DNA from: Nemertoderma westbladi
Lineage: Eukaryota > Animalia > Xenacoelomorpha
Direction: 5' to 3'
Length of the DNA stretch: 64,000 nucleotides
Assembly (NCBI GenBank): GCA_032718475.1
Contig: JAUCBJ010000002.1
Coordinates: 27,096 to 91,095, forward strand
This document shows positions 11,259-22,474 of this stretch, piece by piece. The notes below the pieces were generated by a model, which had not been told where the DNA came from, ran no database searches, and worked only from the letters and a program-made list of their open reading frames with translations. A program made the translations under genes and the position numbers. Every line of letters begins with the position of its first letter. Positions within the stretch are counted from its first letter, which is position 1.

Positions 11259-13859
11259 CTATTTCTTTCTCTGATACGCCTTTCGTCTCTTCGCCCGTCG
11301 ACTCTCATCGATCGCTATGGCTGGTAGAGGAGCGTCCACATCCATCGTGAGTAACGCTTCGGCTTGTCTCCTGGCGGCTCTTCCTTTCGAAGGCATAGGG
11401 ATCATGTCGGTTCGTCTTTCCAACTCAGACTTGCGTGCCTCTAGGAACCACTCTCCGTCACCGAACTCCTCTTTATACGAGTATAATCGCCTAATGACTT
11501 CAAATGGACCGAATAATCCGGCGCTCAGTAGCAGATCCACGTAATGGAAAGGTAGCGTGGCCGACGTGTGGAGGCGTTCCGGGAAGGAGAAATACCCGCA
11601 CGCCATCTCCTGCGCAATATTCCGAGCGTTTCTCCGAACCTTGGTCTTTAAGTGGCTGTTTGCGTATGTTTCAAACATGACCATATTTCCCATAGCGGTA
11701 ACGTCTTTGGTTGGACATTTGATATAGCAGCGGGGGCTAGAGGAATGTCCACGGAAACCGCACGTGGTGCAGAGGTTATAAAGGATCGGACAGACGGAAA
11801 CGTCGTGGCCCGAAGTCGCGCAGTATGGGCAATAGAGTATCCCGATGAGCTGGAGGCATGAATCGGTAACCCGATTCCTTCTGCCGCGTGGGCACTGCTC
11901 CGAACCACAGTCGCCGCATACCTCCAACTGCATCTCTCGACCAGGAAATATCGGAATCGGGACGCCGACGTAGTATTCGAGTCGTCGGTCGCTCTTCGGA
12001 ATATTCTCGGTGGTCGGTAGCCCGCGGAATGCTAGGCTTTTGCGTAGTAGGTTCTCGCTCCGATAACCTTCTTTGTGTCCCGCTGGTCTTAACTCGGATG
12101 ACCGTTTCTGGCGGTGGATCCATTCAGTTTGCTCGGCGTACCAACGGGTTAGTCGCATAGGGTCCTGAGGAACGGCGGGTGTAGTAGCCACCGCTGGTCG
12201 GCGAAGAGGTGCCGGGGTTTTAGACGGAGGGATACCGAGGAGATCGTCGGGGGTCGGCGCATCGCTGGGGCCCTCCTCGACCAGTATCGCTGAGCGGGTC
12301 CGTTGGTGGCTGGTACTCGGGATCTCCGACGACCAATCTTCGCCACCCGGGAAAGGATACGGGGATAACCGTTGGCATATGTCGCCGAAGTCGCTCAATG
12401 CAGCTGTAGTAGCTACCTCCCTCGCGGGGCTACCGGAGCCGCGTGGGGTGTAAACGCCTGCTCTCTTCATCGGTTCGGCCGAGGCAACCCGTTTGGCGGC
12501 CGGTCCATACGCGGCCTCCGGCTCGAGTTGTCGCTTCGGGGTGGAGAGTAGAACACCCTCGTTTAGCCATATCTCTTCCCTTTCCGAGGAGATCAGAGGC
12601 TCCTCCGCACCGAGAAGTTCGGTAATCGTAGGGATGTCGTAAGGTCCGCTCTCGTCCCAGGAATCGATAACGGTGAGCGTTTTAGTCTCTCCCGGTGCGA
12701 TGTTCTCAACCACTTTGAACGCGTGGTGTATGACGTCGTTCCAGTCGTAGTCGACAAAGGAAAGGGGGACCGCCGTAATAAGGTTATCGAGAGTTTTACA
12801 GATAAACTTAGCGACGGTGTAGCACTCCATAACGACGTAAACATAGTTCCGTCGATCGGGATTCTCCCATCTTTGGTGTATCGTCCACTTCCGATCAACG
12901 TCCTTCCATCGACCCTCTCGCTCGCTCTTTATTTCCAATCCCGGGTATCCACCATATATTTTATTATAGTCCCGGAATTTCTGGGGTTTGAAGTCGATAC
13001 CGCCGTTTAGCACAGCGAGGTAGCCGATCCCGGATTTCGTCGGTCTCACCTCTTGGAATCCTCGCATGAACTCGGCGAATCGTAACCAGGCTAGTAGCGT
13101 TTGAGTGTCGATGCAATGGCTAAGGGCGTTGAGGTCGTCTCGTCGGTTTCTTCCTGCAGGAGCGTTCGCGTAGTCGTTCCGGACGTCCGCCTTGATATCC
13201 GACCCGATTTTAATGACGTCGAAGTCGAAGAGGATCTTTTGGATTTCCGGAGGCAGCAACCAGATCGCTCCGGCTGCCTGCACTTCCTGTCTGGGTGTCG
13301 GAAATATTCGACACACCAGTACCAAACCGTCCAGGGTTCCGAGGACGACGACTAAGGATCGACCGTATTCTTTCGCCCCGTACTTTTCCTGGTAGTCGTC
13401 TCGGTTCTGGATAATCGATACGCGTTCCTCTCGAAGCGTCGCCGTACACTCCGACAGGTTTCCCCAGTGGGCGAGGTACGTACTCTTGTCGTCGACGAAA
13501 CTTTGACATCTCGCCAACGTAATCGCTTTCGAGGTGGGCGTCGCGTTTCCCTCGTTGTCGTAGATCAAACATCGGGATCTGTAGACGCTCTGCCGGAACG
13601 TTTCCCAAAACGACGAATCGTCCCCTCTGGTTGCCTTTGCGTTCCGAGTTCTTTTCAGTCTCGTACTAGCATCGGCTAACCGGAGGGCTCGTAGATTCTT
13701 AGAATCCGGTCCCTCTCGCCCGGTGAATTTAATGACTCGCACGTTCTCATTTAGCAGGGTGCTCCAATTTGTATCAAAGTCAGGGGATCCGGGTTGCGAA
13801 TATTCCAGTAGATCTATCGTGTTACGTAATTCGCCGATAATTTGGCGATTTGGGTCCAT
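11259..13859 (-). CDS. BEL-1 accessory ORF3: DEDDy (WRN/EXD2/RNase D-like) 3'-5' exonuclease plus CCHC zinc knuckles, 866 aa
   Basis: Intact ORF. ExoI-like CLIYDNEG; LPPEIQKILFDFDVIKIGSDIKADV (ExoII region, WRN-exo like); CIDTQTL; SGIGYLA; ExoIII-like RWENP...YVVMEC. C-terminal CPYCATSGHDVSVC (CX2CX4HX4C) and CTTCGFRGHSSSPRC. Basic C-terminal tail. Confidence 0.75.
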   Translation of the reverse strand: MDPNRQIIGELRNTIDLLEYSQPGSPDFDTNWSTLLNENVRVIKFTGREGPDSKNLRALRLADASTRLKRTRNAKATRGDDSSFWETFRQSVYRSRCLIYDNEGNATPTSKAITLARCQSFVDDKSTYLAHWGNLSECTATLREERVSIIQNRDDYQEKYGAKEYGRSLVVVLGTLDGLVLVCRIFPTPRQEVQAAGAIWLLPPEIQKILFDFDVIKIGSDIKADVRNDYANAPAGRNRRDDLNALSHCIDTQTLLAWLRFAEFMRGFQEVRPTKSGIGYLAVLNGGIDFKPQKFRDYNKIYGGYPGLEIKSEREGRWKDVDRKWTIHQRWENPDRRNYVYVVMECYTVAKFICKTLDNLITAVPLSFVDYDWNDVIHHAFKVVENIAPGETKTLTVIDSWDESGPYDIPTITELLGAEEPLISSEREEIWLNEGVLLSTPKRQLEPEAAYGPAAKRVASAEPMKRAGVYTPRGSGSPAREVATTAALSDFGDICQRLSPYPFPGGEDWSSEIPSTSHQRTRSAILVEEGPSDAPTPDDLLGIPPSKTPAPLRRPAVATTPAVPQDPMRLTRWYAEQTEWIHRQKRSSELRPAGHKEGYRSENLLRKSLAFRGLPTTENIPKSDRRLEYYVGVPIPIFPGREMQLEVCGDCGSEQCPRGRRNRVTDSCLQLIGILYCPYCATSGHDVSVCPILYNLCTTCGFRGHSSSPRCYIKCPTKDVTAMGNMVMFETYANSHLKTKVRRNARNIAQEMACGYFSFPERLHTSATLPFHYVDLLLSAGLFGPFEVIRRLYSYKEEFGDGEWFLEARKSELERRTDMIPMPSKGRAARRQAEALLTMDVDAPLPAIAIDESRRAKRRKAYQRKK

Positions 13860-14419
13860 ATTTACGATTATATCCGTTACAAATTAGATCAGTTAATTAT
13901 AAGTCCAGAAAGTCTGAAACTATAGCGATAGCAGAATAATTCAGTTTTTTATTTAATTCAGTTTATTAAATAATATTGCTATATAGACATCTATCATCTT
14001 ATTGCTAATACATTCAGCATTTACAGTTACTATAGCTATACATTAATATCCAACCAGTTTTTTATGACTTTTTTGTCCTTTCTTTTTTCTAATTCTTTTC
14101 TTTAGACCTTTTTTATACTTTTTTTTTGTCTTTTTTCATTTCATTATTATTTCATCTCATTTCATTTATTTCCACATATATTTCAACACATTTATTTCCA
14201 CCATTTATTTCACATTTATTTATTTCCACATCATCATTTGGGTTTATAGCCCCCCGGCTATCATCATTGGTTATAAGCGCAGCACCATGGTGCGCATCAT
14301 TTCATTTTCATCAGCATACGCGTCATCATTCAGGTTTATAGTAGAGTTGTCTGATCCTTTTCATCGTTTCCAACTATATTCAATCATTTTCTTTGGTTAA
14401 TCTTTGTCGTGGAAGGGGT

Positions 14420-14831
14420 GTTACGCGGCAATCTGGGATCTACAGCTGGACTCGTTACACCGCCTACGCCCCAAACTGCGCACGTAACGGACAATGAAGA
14501 CGCTGGGAGTGAAGTCACGTGGAATGCACCAGGGACCCACCAGAATAACACTCCCAACAACATAAAGCTCAGTCGACGAAGTCATGTGGGATGGGGTTAC
14601 GCAACATTCTGGGATCTACAGCTGGACTCGTTACACCGCCTACGCCCCAAAATCCACGCAACGGTCCCACCAGAATAACGCGACTGAGAAACATAAAACC
14701 CTCTATCGTCGAAGTCATGTGGATGCACCATGGACCCACCAGAATAACGGGATAGAGGGGGTGTTGCGCGGCAATCCGGGATCTACAGCTGGACTCGTTA
14801 CACCGCCTAGGCCCCGAACTGCGCACGCAAC
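14420..14831 (-). ncRNA. Three copies of a ~68-nt covarying hairpin within ~170-bp tandem repeats between pol and ORF3
   Basis: Copies at 14420-14488, 14596-14662 and 14763-14831. Compensatory pairs GUUACG/CGUAAC vs GUUGCG/CGCAAC and UUUGGG/CCCAGA vs UUCGGG/CCCGGA. Invariant apex GGUGUAACGAGUCCAGC. Confidence 0.6.
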
Positions 14832-15119
14832 GGACAACATAACATACTGCGATGAATACAATGAATTCCACTTCAAATCTTTTCCATTTCCAATAATCCA
14901 ATATCGTAGGTCCTGATGACCAAAATCAGGGTAAACAATGCATAAACGACCCTGCGTCAGTCGAAACATCTGCAGGGTGACGCTGGACTCCACATAACAC
15001 ACGAGGAAACACAAATACCATTGCTTGGTTACAGTTGGTTTAAGGGGAGGTCCATAATTCGTTGTCAGTAAATCACAGTTTAAAGGAGTTTGTCAACATG
15101 ATGAGAAGGGTTTACACGG

Positions 15120-15499
15120 TTTTGTAATTGTCACCAATGTCTGCAGCAGGATCCGTAGTAGGGAACTTATCACCTCTTGTAGAATCACCACTGTCATTGC
15201 CTTCAAGAAGGCACAGCCTCTGGATAGGGCGTTGGTAGTGGCCCTTTTTATAATTGTCACCAATATCCGCAGCAGGATCTTGAGTAGGGAACTTGTCACC
15301 TCTCGTAGAGTCACCGCTGTCATTGCCTTCAAGAAGGCACAGCCTCTGGATAGGGCGTTGGTAGTGGCCCTTTTTATAATTGTCACCAATGTCCGCAGCA
15401 GGATCTTGAGTAGGGAACTTGTCACCTCTCGTAGAGTCACCGCTGTCATTGCCTTCAAGAAGGCACAGCCTCTGGATAGGGCGTTGGTAGTGGCCCTTT
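15120..15499 (-). repeat. Three in-frame 126-bp tandem repeats at the integrase C-terminus
   Basis: KGHYQRPIQRLCLLEGNDSGDSTRGDKFPTQDPAADIGDNYK occurs three times. Confidence 0.95.
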
Positions 15500-18400
15500 G
15501 CCGTTCGTATCGTCACAGTCCTCGCAAGTCCGTCTTTGCTTGGGTGTATGGTCACGACCCGCGCCACAGGCCAGTGAACGCGGTCTTTGAGATCTTCTTT
15601 AACTAGTACCATGTCGCCAACTGCGACGTTCCGGTAGGTGTTGTTCCATTTCCTCCTGGTCCGGAGGGTTATGAGGTACTCCTGGGCCCAAATTCTCCAC
15701 CAATGCGCTGCCAACGCTTGGGCCTTTTTCCAGTTTGTATGTTTCGTGATCTCGTTGGGATCCGGGAACATGGTTTCCGGGAGAACGTGGGTTTTGGGTC
15801 TCCCCAATAAGTGGTTAGGAGTGAGGGGCTCCAGGTCTGTGGGGTCGTCGCGGATAGGGACAATAGGTCGGTTGTTCAGGGTAGCCGTGATCTCGCAGAA
15901 TGTTGTGCGGAGGGTGTCATGGGTTACCCGGGTATCGCCTAGAGCGACGCGCATGGATCGTTTCACTAGGTCGATCAGTTTCTCCCATACCCCGCTCGTA
16001 TGGGGTGCTAAGGGGGTCTGGAAGTGCCACTGTATCTGGTGTTCCTTCCAGACTTGGGATGCGGTGTTATCGGTAAACCATCCCTCGATCGCCTCTCTAA
16101 GTTCTCTTTCTCCTCCCACAAAGTTTGTACCATTATCGGAATACATGTGGCGGCATGTCCCGTTGTTCGCCACGAACCGACGCAGAGCGTTGATGAATGC
16201 CTGTTGTGTCAGATTTACCACGATATCTAGGTAAATTGCCCTAGACCTTAGGCAGGTGAAGATGGCTCCCCAGCATTTGATGTTGGATCGTCGTTCAATA
16301 ACCGTGAACGGTCCGAAACAGTCCACTCCGGTGACGTAGAATGGTGGGGAATCCGCTTGTAGACGGGTGGCTGGTAAGTCGGCCATCTTTTGGGTGATTG
16401 GTGGCGCTAGGTAACGTCTGCAGGTGAAGCAACGTTTCAACACTTTCCGGATCAGTGGCTGGATGTGGGTGATCCAATATCTTTGTCTTATATTAGCTAT
16501 AATCCAATTCTGTCCTGCGTGGTGGTTGTCCTCGTGACATTGTAGAATTAATAGCTTAGCTAGTGTCAACGTTCCGGGCAGAAGCGCCGGGTATTTAACC
16601 TCATATTCGACCGGGGCGTTTGCCATCCGGGTATTCAGTCGGATCAGTCCGTCCTCTCCCATCATTGGTCTCAGTTGGTAGACTGGGCTGTCCGGTTTCA
16701 ACGTTTTGCCCGCACTAAGTTGTTCCCATTCATCGGGGAAACTTTCTTTCTGGACATATCTAACAATACACTTCTCCGCGATAATGAGTTCTTGTATATT
16801 CCGTTGAACTATCGGTTTGTTGTTTTTCCACCGTAGGAAGTTGCGAAGGGTTATAACGTGGTGGACGAGCCGTCTCATGGATGAAGTTCGCTCGATCAAC
16901 CGATGTAAAGACGCCGCTAGTTGAGTGATCGTCGCGACGTTATAGTGCCTGCCCGAGTCCTTTGCAGGCTCAGTCAGACAACTATAAATTTCCACCGCGT
17001 TGCTTCGATGGATTTTACGGATCTCTTTATCGTCCTCGGAGTATTTTCCGCTATCGAGCTCGGGGTCGAATCGGGTACTCCATGTTAACTGTGGCTGCCG
17101 TAGGAATTCCGGGCCTGTAAGCCAGAGTTTACTTTTACCGAGTTGTTTTGGGGTGGCGCCTCGGCTTGATAAGTCCGCTGGGTTTTCCTTCCCGTTCACG
17201 TGATGCCACTGTTCTCGGCCGGTACACTGTTTAATCTCCGTGGCTCGGTTTGCAACAAATGTGGTGTGACGCCGTGATGGAGAGTGGAGATAATAGAGAA
17301 CTATACTCGAATCTACCCAGAAGTGTTGAGATTCTATGGGGATCCGTAGATTCCGCATGACCATGCGATTCTGTCTTACTGCCCAAACTGCAGCTTGTAG
17401 CTCGAGTCTCGGGATCGTTGCTACGAATTCCCCGGATACTGTCTTTGCTTTGGAGAATAAGAAGCTTGTATCGCCGTTTCCATCGTTACTTAGTCTCCGT
17501 AGGAAGGTGACTACGCCGATTCCGGTATTCGAAGCATCCGAAAAGGTGTGGAGCTGGAAGATATCGGTGGGCAATTTATCGAGGAAGAACGGTCTAGGTA
17601 TCCGCATAAGATGTAGGTGTTCGAGCTGCTCCGTCCATTTTCTCCATTTGACGCTGAGGTATGGGGGGAGCTCTTCGTCCCATCCCAGTCCTTCTATCCA
17701 CATTTCCTTAATCAGGTTCATTCCGGCCAAGGTTACTGGAGATATGAAATTTAGTGGGTCGAAGATGGCGCTTTTTATCGACAAACATCCCCTTTTTGTC
17801 ATAGGCTTGGGTAGGGGTTTATATTTGAAGATGAATTCGTCTGATTCTATGTCCCATTCAATCCCAAGTACACGATGTTCCGCATCCTCCGAATACATTT
17901 TGTTATTTTCCAGCCGGATGTCCTCCGGAAACTTTTCCATAAGTGTTTTGTCGTGGGATCTGAACTTCACGAGCGGAAACCCTCCTTTATTCAGACATCC
18001 TACCATCCCCATTGCTAGCCGATATGCCTCATCCACATTATCCGCGCCGGCGCATCCGTCGTCCACATAGAAGCATCGTTGAATGGTTTCTATGACGGTT
18101 GGAGGGAACTCGTTTTCGCACATAGTTGCTGTCCTCTTTAGCATGTCACTGCATGCTACCGGCGAGTCCTTAGCGCCGAATATCCTGACGACCATACGCA
18201 TTACGTCTACGTCCTTGATCGTGAGTTGGCTAATCTCCTGTTGAGTAAGCGTTTTATCCGTCCATAGGATACGTAGACAGTCCGAGTCTCTTGGTAACGT
18301 ACGAACTTGATGAAACATGGCCTTGATGTCACAGGTGAATGCTACCCGGTTTTCCCTGAACCTGATCAATACGCCGATGAGTGTACTATATATGTTGGGT

Positions 18401-21179
18401 CCCGTGTAAAGCTGACTGTTTAGGGATTCGCCCTGGTACATAGCGGCAGCATCATTTACCACTCGGATTTTCCCACCTTTGCGGGCTTCTACTACATAGT
18501 GGGTTGGGAGATAATATGTTCTTTCACCACCTTGCAGTTCATTCCGTGGTACCATTTCTGCTAATCCATCATCGAGATATCCTTGGATTACGGTATTATA
18601 TTTCTCCTTTATCTCGGGTTGGTCATTCAGCCGGCGTAGAATCCCTTTAAGTCGCCTAAGTGCCATGCTGGCGTTGTTTGCCATTGGTTTGTTTGGATCC
18701 TTCCATAACATAGGTGAACACCAATGTCCGTCTTTAAACGTGGCCTGGTCGAGAACGTCCATACAATATTGGTCCTCTTCGGATGGGTTTTCGTCCTTTT
18801 CCGCGAACTCCTGGGTCTCCAAATTAAAATATTTCGTCATCTCTCGTTGGGTTTTCTCGGTTTCCAGAAACAAATCCTCGTCAAGATCCGAAGCTGAGCA
18901 ATAACCCACAGAGGTTACATTCTCTTTAATCTAACATTTAGGAAGGTAGGTATAGGTGTCTGTAGTTTCCTCCTTAATGCCGCAGAGTGTCCATCCCATT
19001 ATTGTTCGTTCAGCATAAAATCCATCATCCTGGTTTATAGATCGAGCGATATCTCCGGTGGGGATGTGTAGTTCCGGTGTATCAAGTCCGATCAGTAGGG
19101 TGATACGGTTCACGTCCAACTGCGGACACCTCAGGTCTACATCGTCTCGGTCCAATTGTATGAGGGGGGCGTACTCGGCTGATTGTCGGAACCGCACCCG
19201 GAGGTCTGTGTGTACCAAGGCGTTCTTGATGGTTAACTTAGCCGTTTCGTAGCCCTTCATCACTCCTTCCATCTGGAGTTGTACCTCCCCGGACTCTACT
19301 TCTCTGTTATCGGTGATGGTTTGTATGGGCCGTTTACAAGGTTCATATTCTAGGCCGAGTTGCTCGAGGAAATCCCGGTCGATGATGGTTCCGTCAGACC
19401 CGTTATCGAGGAACGCGAGTGTCGTCAAAGATTTGCCGACTCCTTGGATCCTTACTGGGATTACCTTTGCGAAAACCATGTAGCGGCGATTTATAAGATT
19501 AATCGTGGCCGAAATATTGGTTACTTGTGGTGTATCGGTGGAGATTTTAAACGGGTTGGTTTCTCTCCGTTGGGTTGTCCGGGTTACTTTGAAGATGTGG
19601 TTTGTTTCTCCTCTTCGCCTGGCTTCGATCCGAAAGGGGAGGGTAGTAAAATCGAAGTTCGCGGGGATGTGGAGGAGCGTGTGATGGCGTTGGTCGTTAC
19701 AGACAGCACAGCATGATCTTTGGTCACACTCCCGAACATAGTGACCTGTTCCAAGACACCGGAAGCATCCTCGGTGTTTCATTATCGCCTCGAAGCGTGG
19801 GACGAGTTCGGCGAACTGAAACTTTCTGCAGAATTCCACTTTATGTTTCTCCCCACAGAAGAGACAGAGTAGGGAATTTGTGATGCCTTCCCTTTCGGGT
19901 GCCCAACTCGCGAGATAACATGCCCATTCCTCGGCGGATGTCGGTTCCTCGTAGTCTTCGTCGTCGGAATCCTCGGCCATGGTGATGGCCATCGTACTCA
20001 CCGGTGGGGGGCGGAATCTCGGTTTCGGAGGGGTTATCTTACTCCTGGAGTTGCTCTCTATTCCGTCCAACTTTGCGAGACTCTGTTTTGAAAACATCGA
20101 GTCATTCATGGCTTCGGAGATATCGTCCAGGAATGCCGACATTTCAAGGAAGCTAGGATCTCGATCTGGATGTCTGCGCCGGAGATCTACACATTTATAA
20201 GCCCACTTACTTTGTAGCCATCCGGGGAACTTCTTGGCGATCTGTCAGAGGTTTAGAATGTTGTTCACCTGGTCCTCCTTATTTAAGGGTTTCAGAGTAT
20301 AGTAGGCATCCTTCATAGAGTCGGAGAATTCCTGTATGTTCTGTGGGTCCCCTAGTGATCCCGCGTCCTGTATCAGTCTCTCTAGAGTTTTATTAATTAT
20401 AGTTCCGGTATTTCAGTATCTTTTATCCAGAGTTTTCCATGCGTCATAGTATGCCTCATGAGAACCTCCTTCAAAACATGCAATAATTCTGCGTGGTTTG
20501 TCACCCAGGTATTGCGATAAATATACCAATTTCTGTGCGTCGGCTATGTCCGTTGATCCGATCTGCGCAAAGAACCGTTTCTTGAATCTGAGGTAATCGA
20601 CGGGATCTCCTTCAAAGGTGCGAATCTCCATCTTAGGCATGGCAAGGCGGTTCTCCAAAGCCCGGATGATGCTGACGTCATCTGAACTGGAGTGACTCGG
20701 AGGGTTATAGTTATTGGCACTCACTCCCATACTTGATGGATCAATAATAGGTGGAGTTTTAATAATGACGCGGCTACGAGTTTGTGGTGTTGATGTAAAT
20801 GGGTTGTTCGATCGGGGAGTGGCGTCCCGTTCCGAGTCCTTTTCAGGCTCGTACTTGGGTACACTCGCTGTCGTGGTGTTGGATGGGAAATAAGGTTCCT
20901 CACTCTTTAGCGTAGCCGGTGGGGGATGGAACACCGGGGCTTGTGCCGATAGCGTAGACTGTTTGGTAGGCGGGATCTCGGGTTTCGGAGGTTTCGCCGC
21001 TGTTGGTGTAAATGACTTTTCTAACTCCGGTACCGGAATTGGTTCATATTCCTGATCTATATCCCTTTCCCAGTCCTCGTAGAGTTGAATATCTCGTTCT
21101 ATAAGTGCGGCTTCGTATTCTGCGAGTTTTGCATTATCCGCATTCTTTTTGTGGATGAGAATTGCTTGGGCCTCGGCGT

Positions 21180-21430
21180 GTTGTTTACGCATTTCCGCTT
21201 CCCATTTACGTTGTTCGATCTCTCGTTCGGCCTCTCGTCCGCGTTGTTCGGCCTCCTGTTTGCGTTGTTCGGCCTGTCGTTCGTCCTCTCGTCTATGTTG
21301 TTCGGCCTGCCGTTCGGCCTCCTGTTTGCGTTGTTCGGCCTGCCGTTCGGCCTCTCGTCTATGTTGTTCGGCCTCCTGTTCGCGTTGTTCGGCCTGCCGT
21401 TCGGCCGCTTGTTCGGCCTCTCGCTTTTGT
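21180..21430 (-). repeat. 33-nt tandem repeats encoding a coiled coil (EAERQAEQRKQ) in BEL-1 gag
   Basis: Repeated TGTTCGGCCT units. The translation shows 11-aa periodicity. Confidence 0.85.
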
Positions 21431-22474
21431 GTTTCGGCGGCTAATACATCTTGCTCGGCTTGCAGTTGAATATACTCATCTTCCATCCGAGCTTTGAGGG
21501 CTAATGCCTTCCGTTCTCGCAGTTGGTCTCGGAGTGGCGGCGCCCCTTGAGACCTGCGCGATGAGCCGGATATCTCGCTCCTAGCGCTGGAGTGCTGATT
21601 TCTAACGGACCCCGTTCTCTTTCGATGTACTGCTGTCCTGATGCTGGAGGATCGTACTGATTCCGCGTCTGTTCTTTCAGCCCTCTTGTAATACTGTTCC
21701 TCATAGCCTCTCACAAGGCTGAGGGTCCTCCGGTGTTGTTTGCGGAACCCATCTAGATGTACAACGTGTTCTTCCAACTTGGGGTAGTTTTCCAGATCGG
21801 TGGGGGGAACGAGCTCTTGGTACGCCTGTATCATTCTTTCGTACCGCTGTAGGATATTTCGGATACTTTGAAGCTGAGTTTGTACCTCATTGAGGGGGGT
21901 TTTGACTCCCTTGAGTTGTTTCTCCATCCGTTGATACGCTCGGGTTACTCCGCCTTTAAGAGCCCCTAACCGACGGGTCATGTTCTTGACGTTTGGTACC
22001 TCGTCGGCTTCCGAGTCTGTGTGGTGATCCATCTCGTCGGTATCGGATACGTTATTTGTTGTCATTGTAACGTAAAACAGTTCCTCGTAGGTATTGTACT
22101 CAGCTTGGACCACCCAAACAGTAATCCTGAATCGTCCAACGTTCGTTCCTTGTACCTCAACTTCGACGTGCCAGATTCCTGGCTCAACTTGAATTATATC
22201 AATGGGTGTGATCGATACTTCCATTCCCTGTTAACAACTCTCCAAATATGTGATCTGCCGACTACGAGTTGGTTAGATCGAGTTTGTTGATTAATTAAAC
22301 CACGACTTTGTCTCAACTCAAATACCAGAGTTTCCTCGTAGTGGGTGCTGGCAAGCACGTAGAGAGTTTTGAAGAGTATTGAAGGATTCTCAACTTCCAC
22401 CAGTTGAAGTTGACCGTAATTATTCTTAATTTTGACACCCTGTCAAAATTAACCGCATTAATTATTCTTAATTT

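Larger units (their letters stand above)
15112..22224 (-). pseudogene. BEL-1 gag-pol polyprotein: single frame with three in-frame stops (TGA 20413-15, TGA 20245-47, TAG 18931-33)
   Basis: ORFs 20413-22224, 18931-20142 and 15112-18909 share one frame. Gag knuckles CLFCGEKHKVEFC, CFRCLGTGHYVREC, CAVCNDQRHHTLLH; protease FLDNGS; RT YVDD; RNase H FSDAS, IPRLEL, NPADLSSRG; integrase GVDCFGP, SDNGTNF, GVWE. Confidence 0.92.

Noticed and set aside
11259-13859. ORF3 as an env/fusion glycoprotein
   Set aside because: No signal peptide or transmembrane anchor is evident. It has exonuclease-like acidic motifs and CCHC knuckles instead.
15232-21497. Numerous plus-strand ORFs overlapping BEL-1 gag-pol (similar ones overlap BEL-2)
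   Set aside because: They are antisense shadows of long coding or repeat regions with no recognisable motifs.
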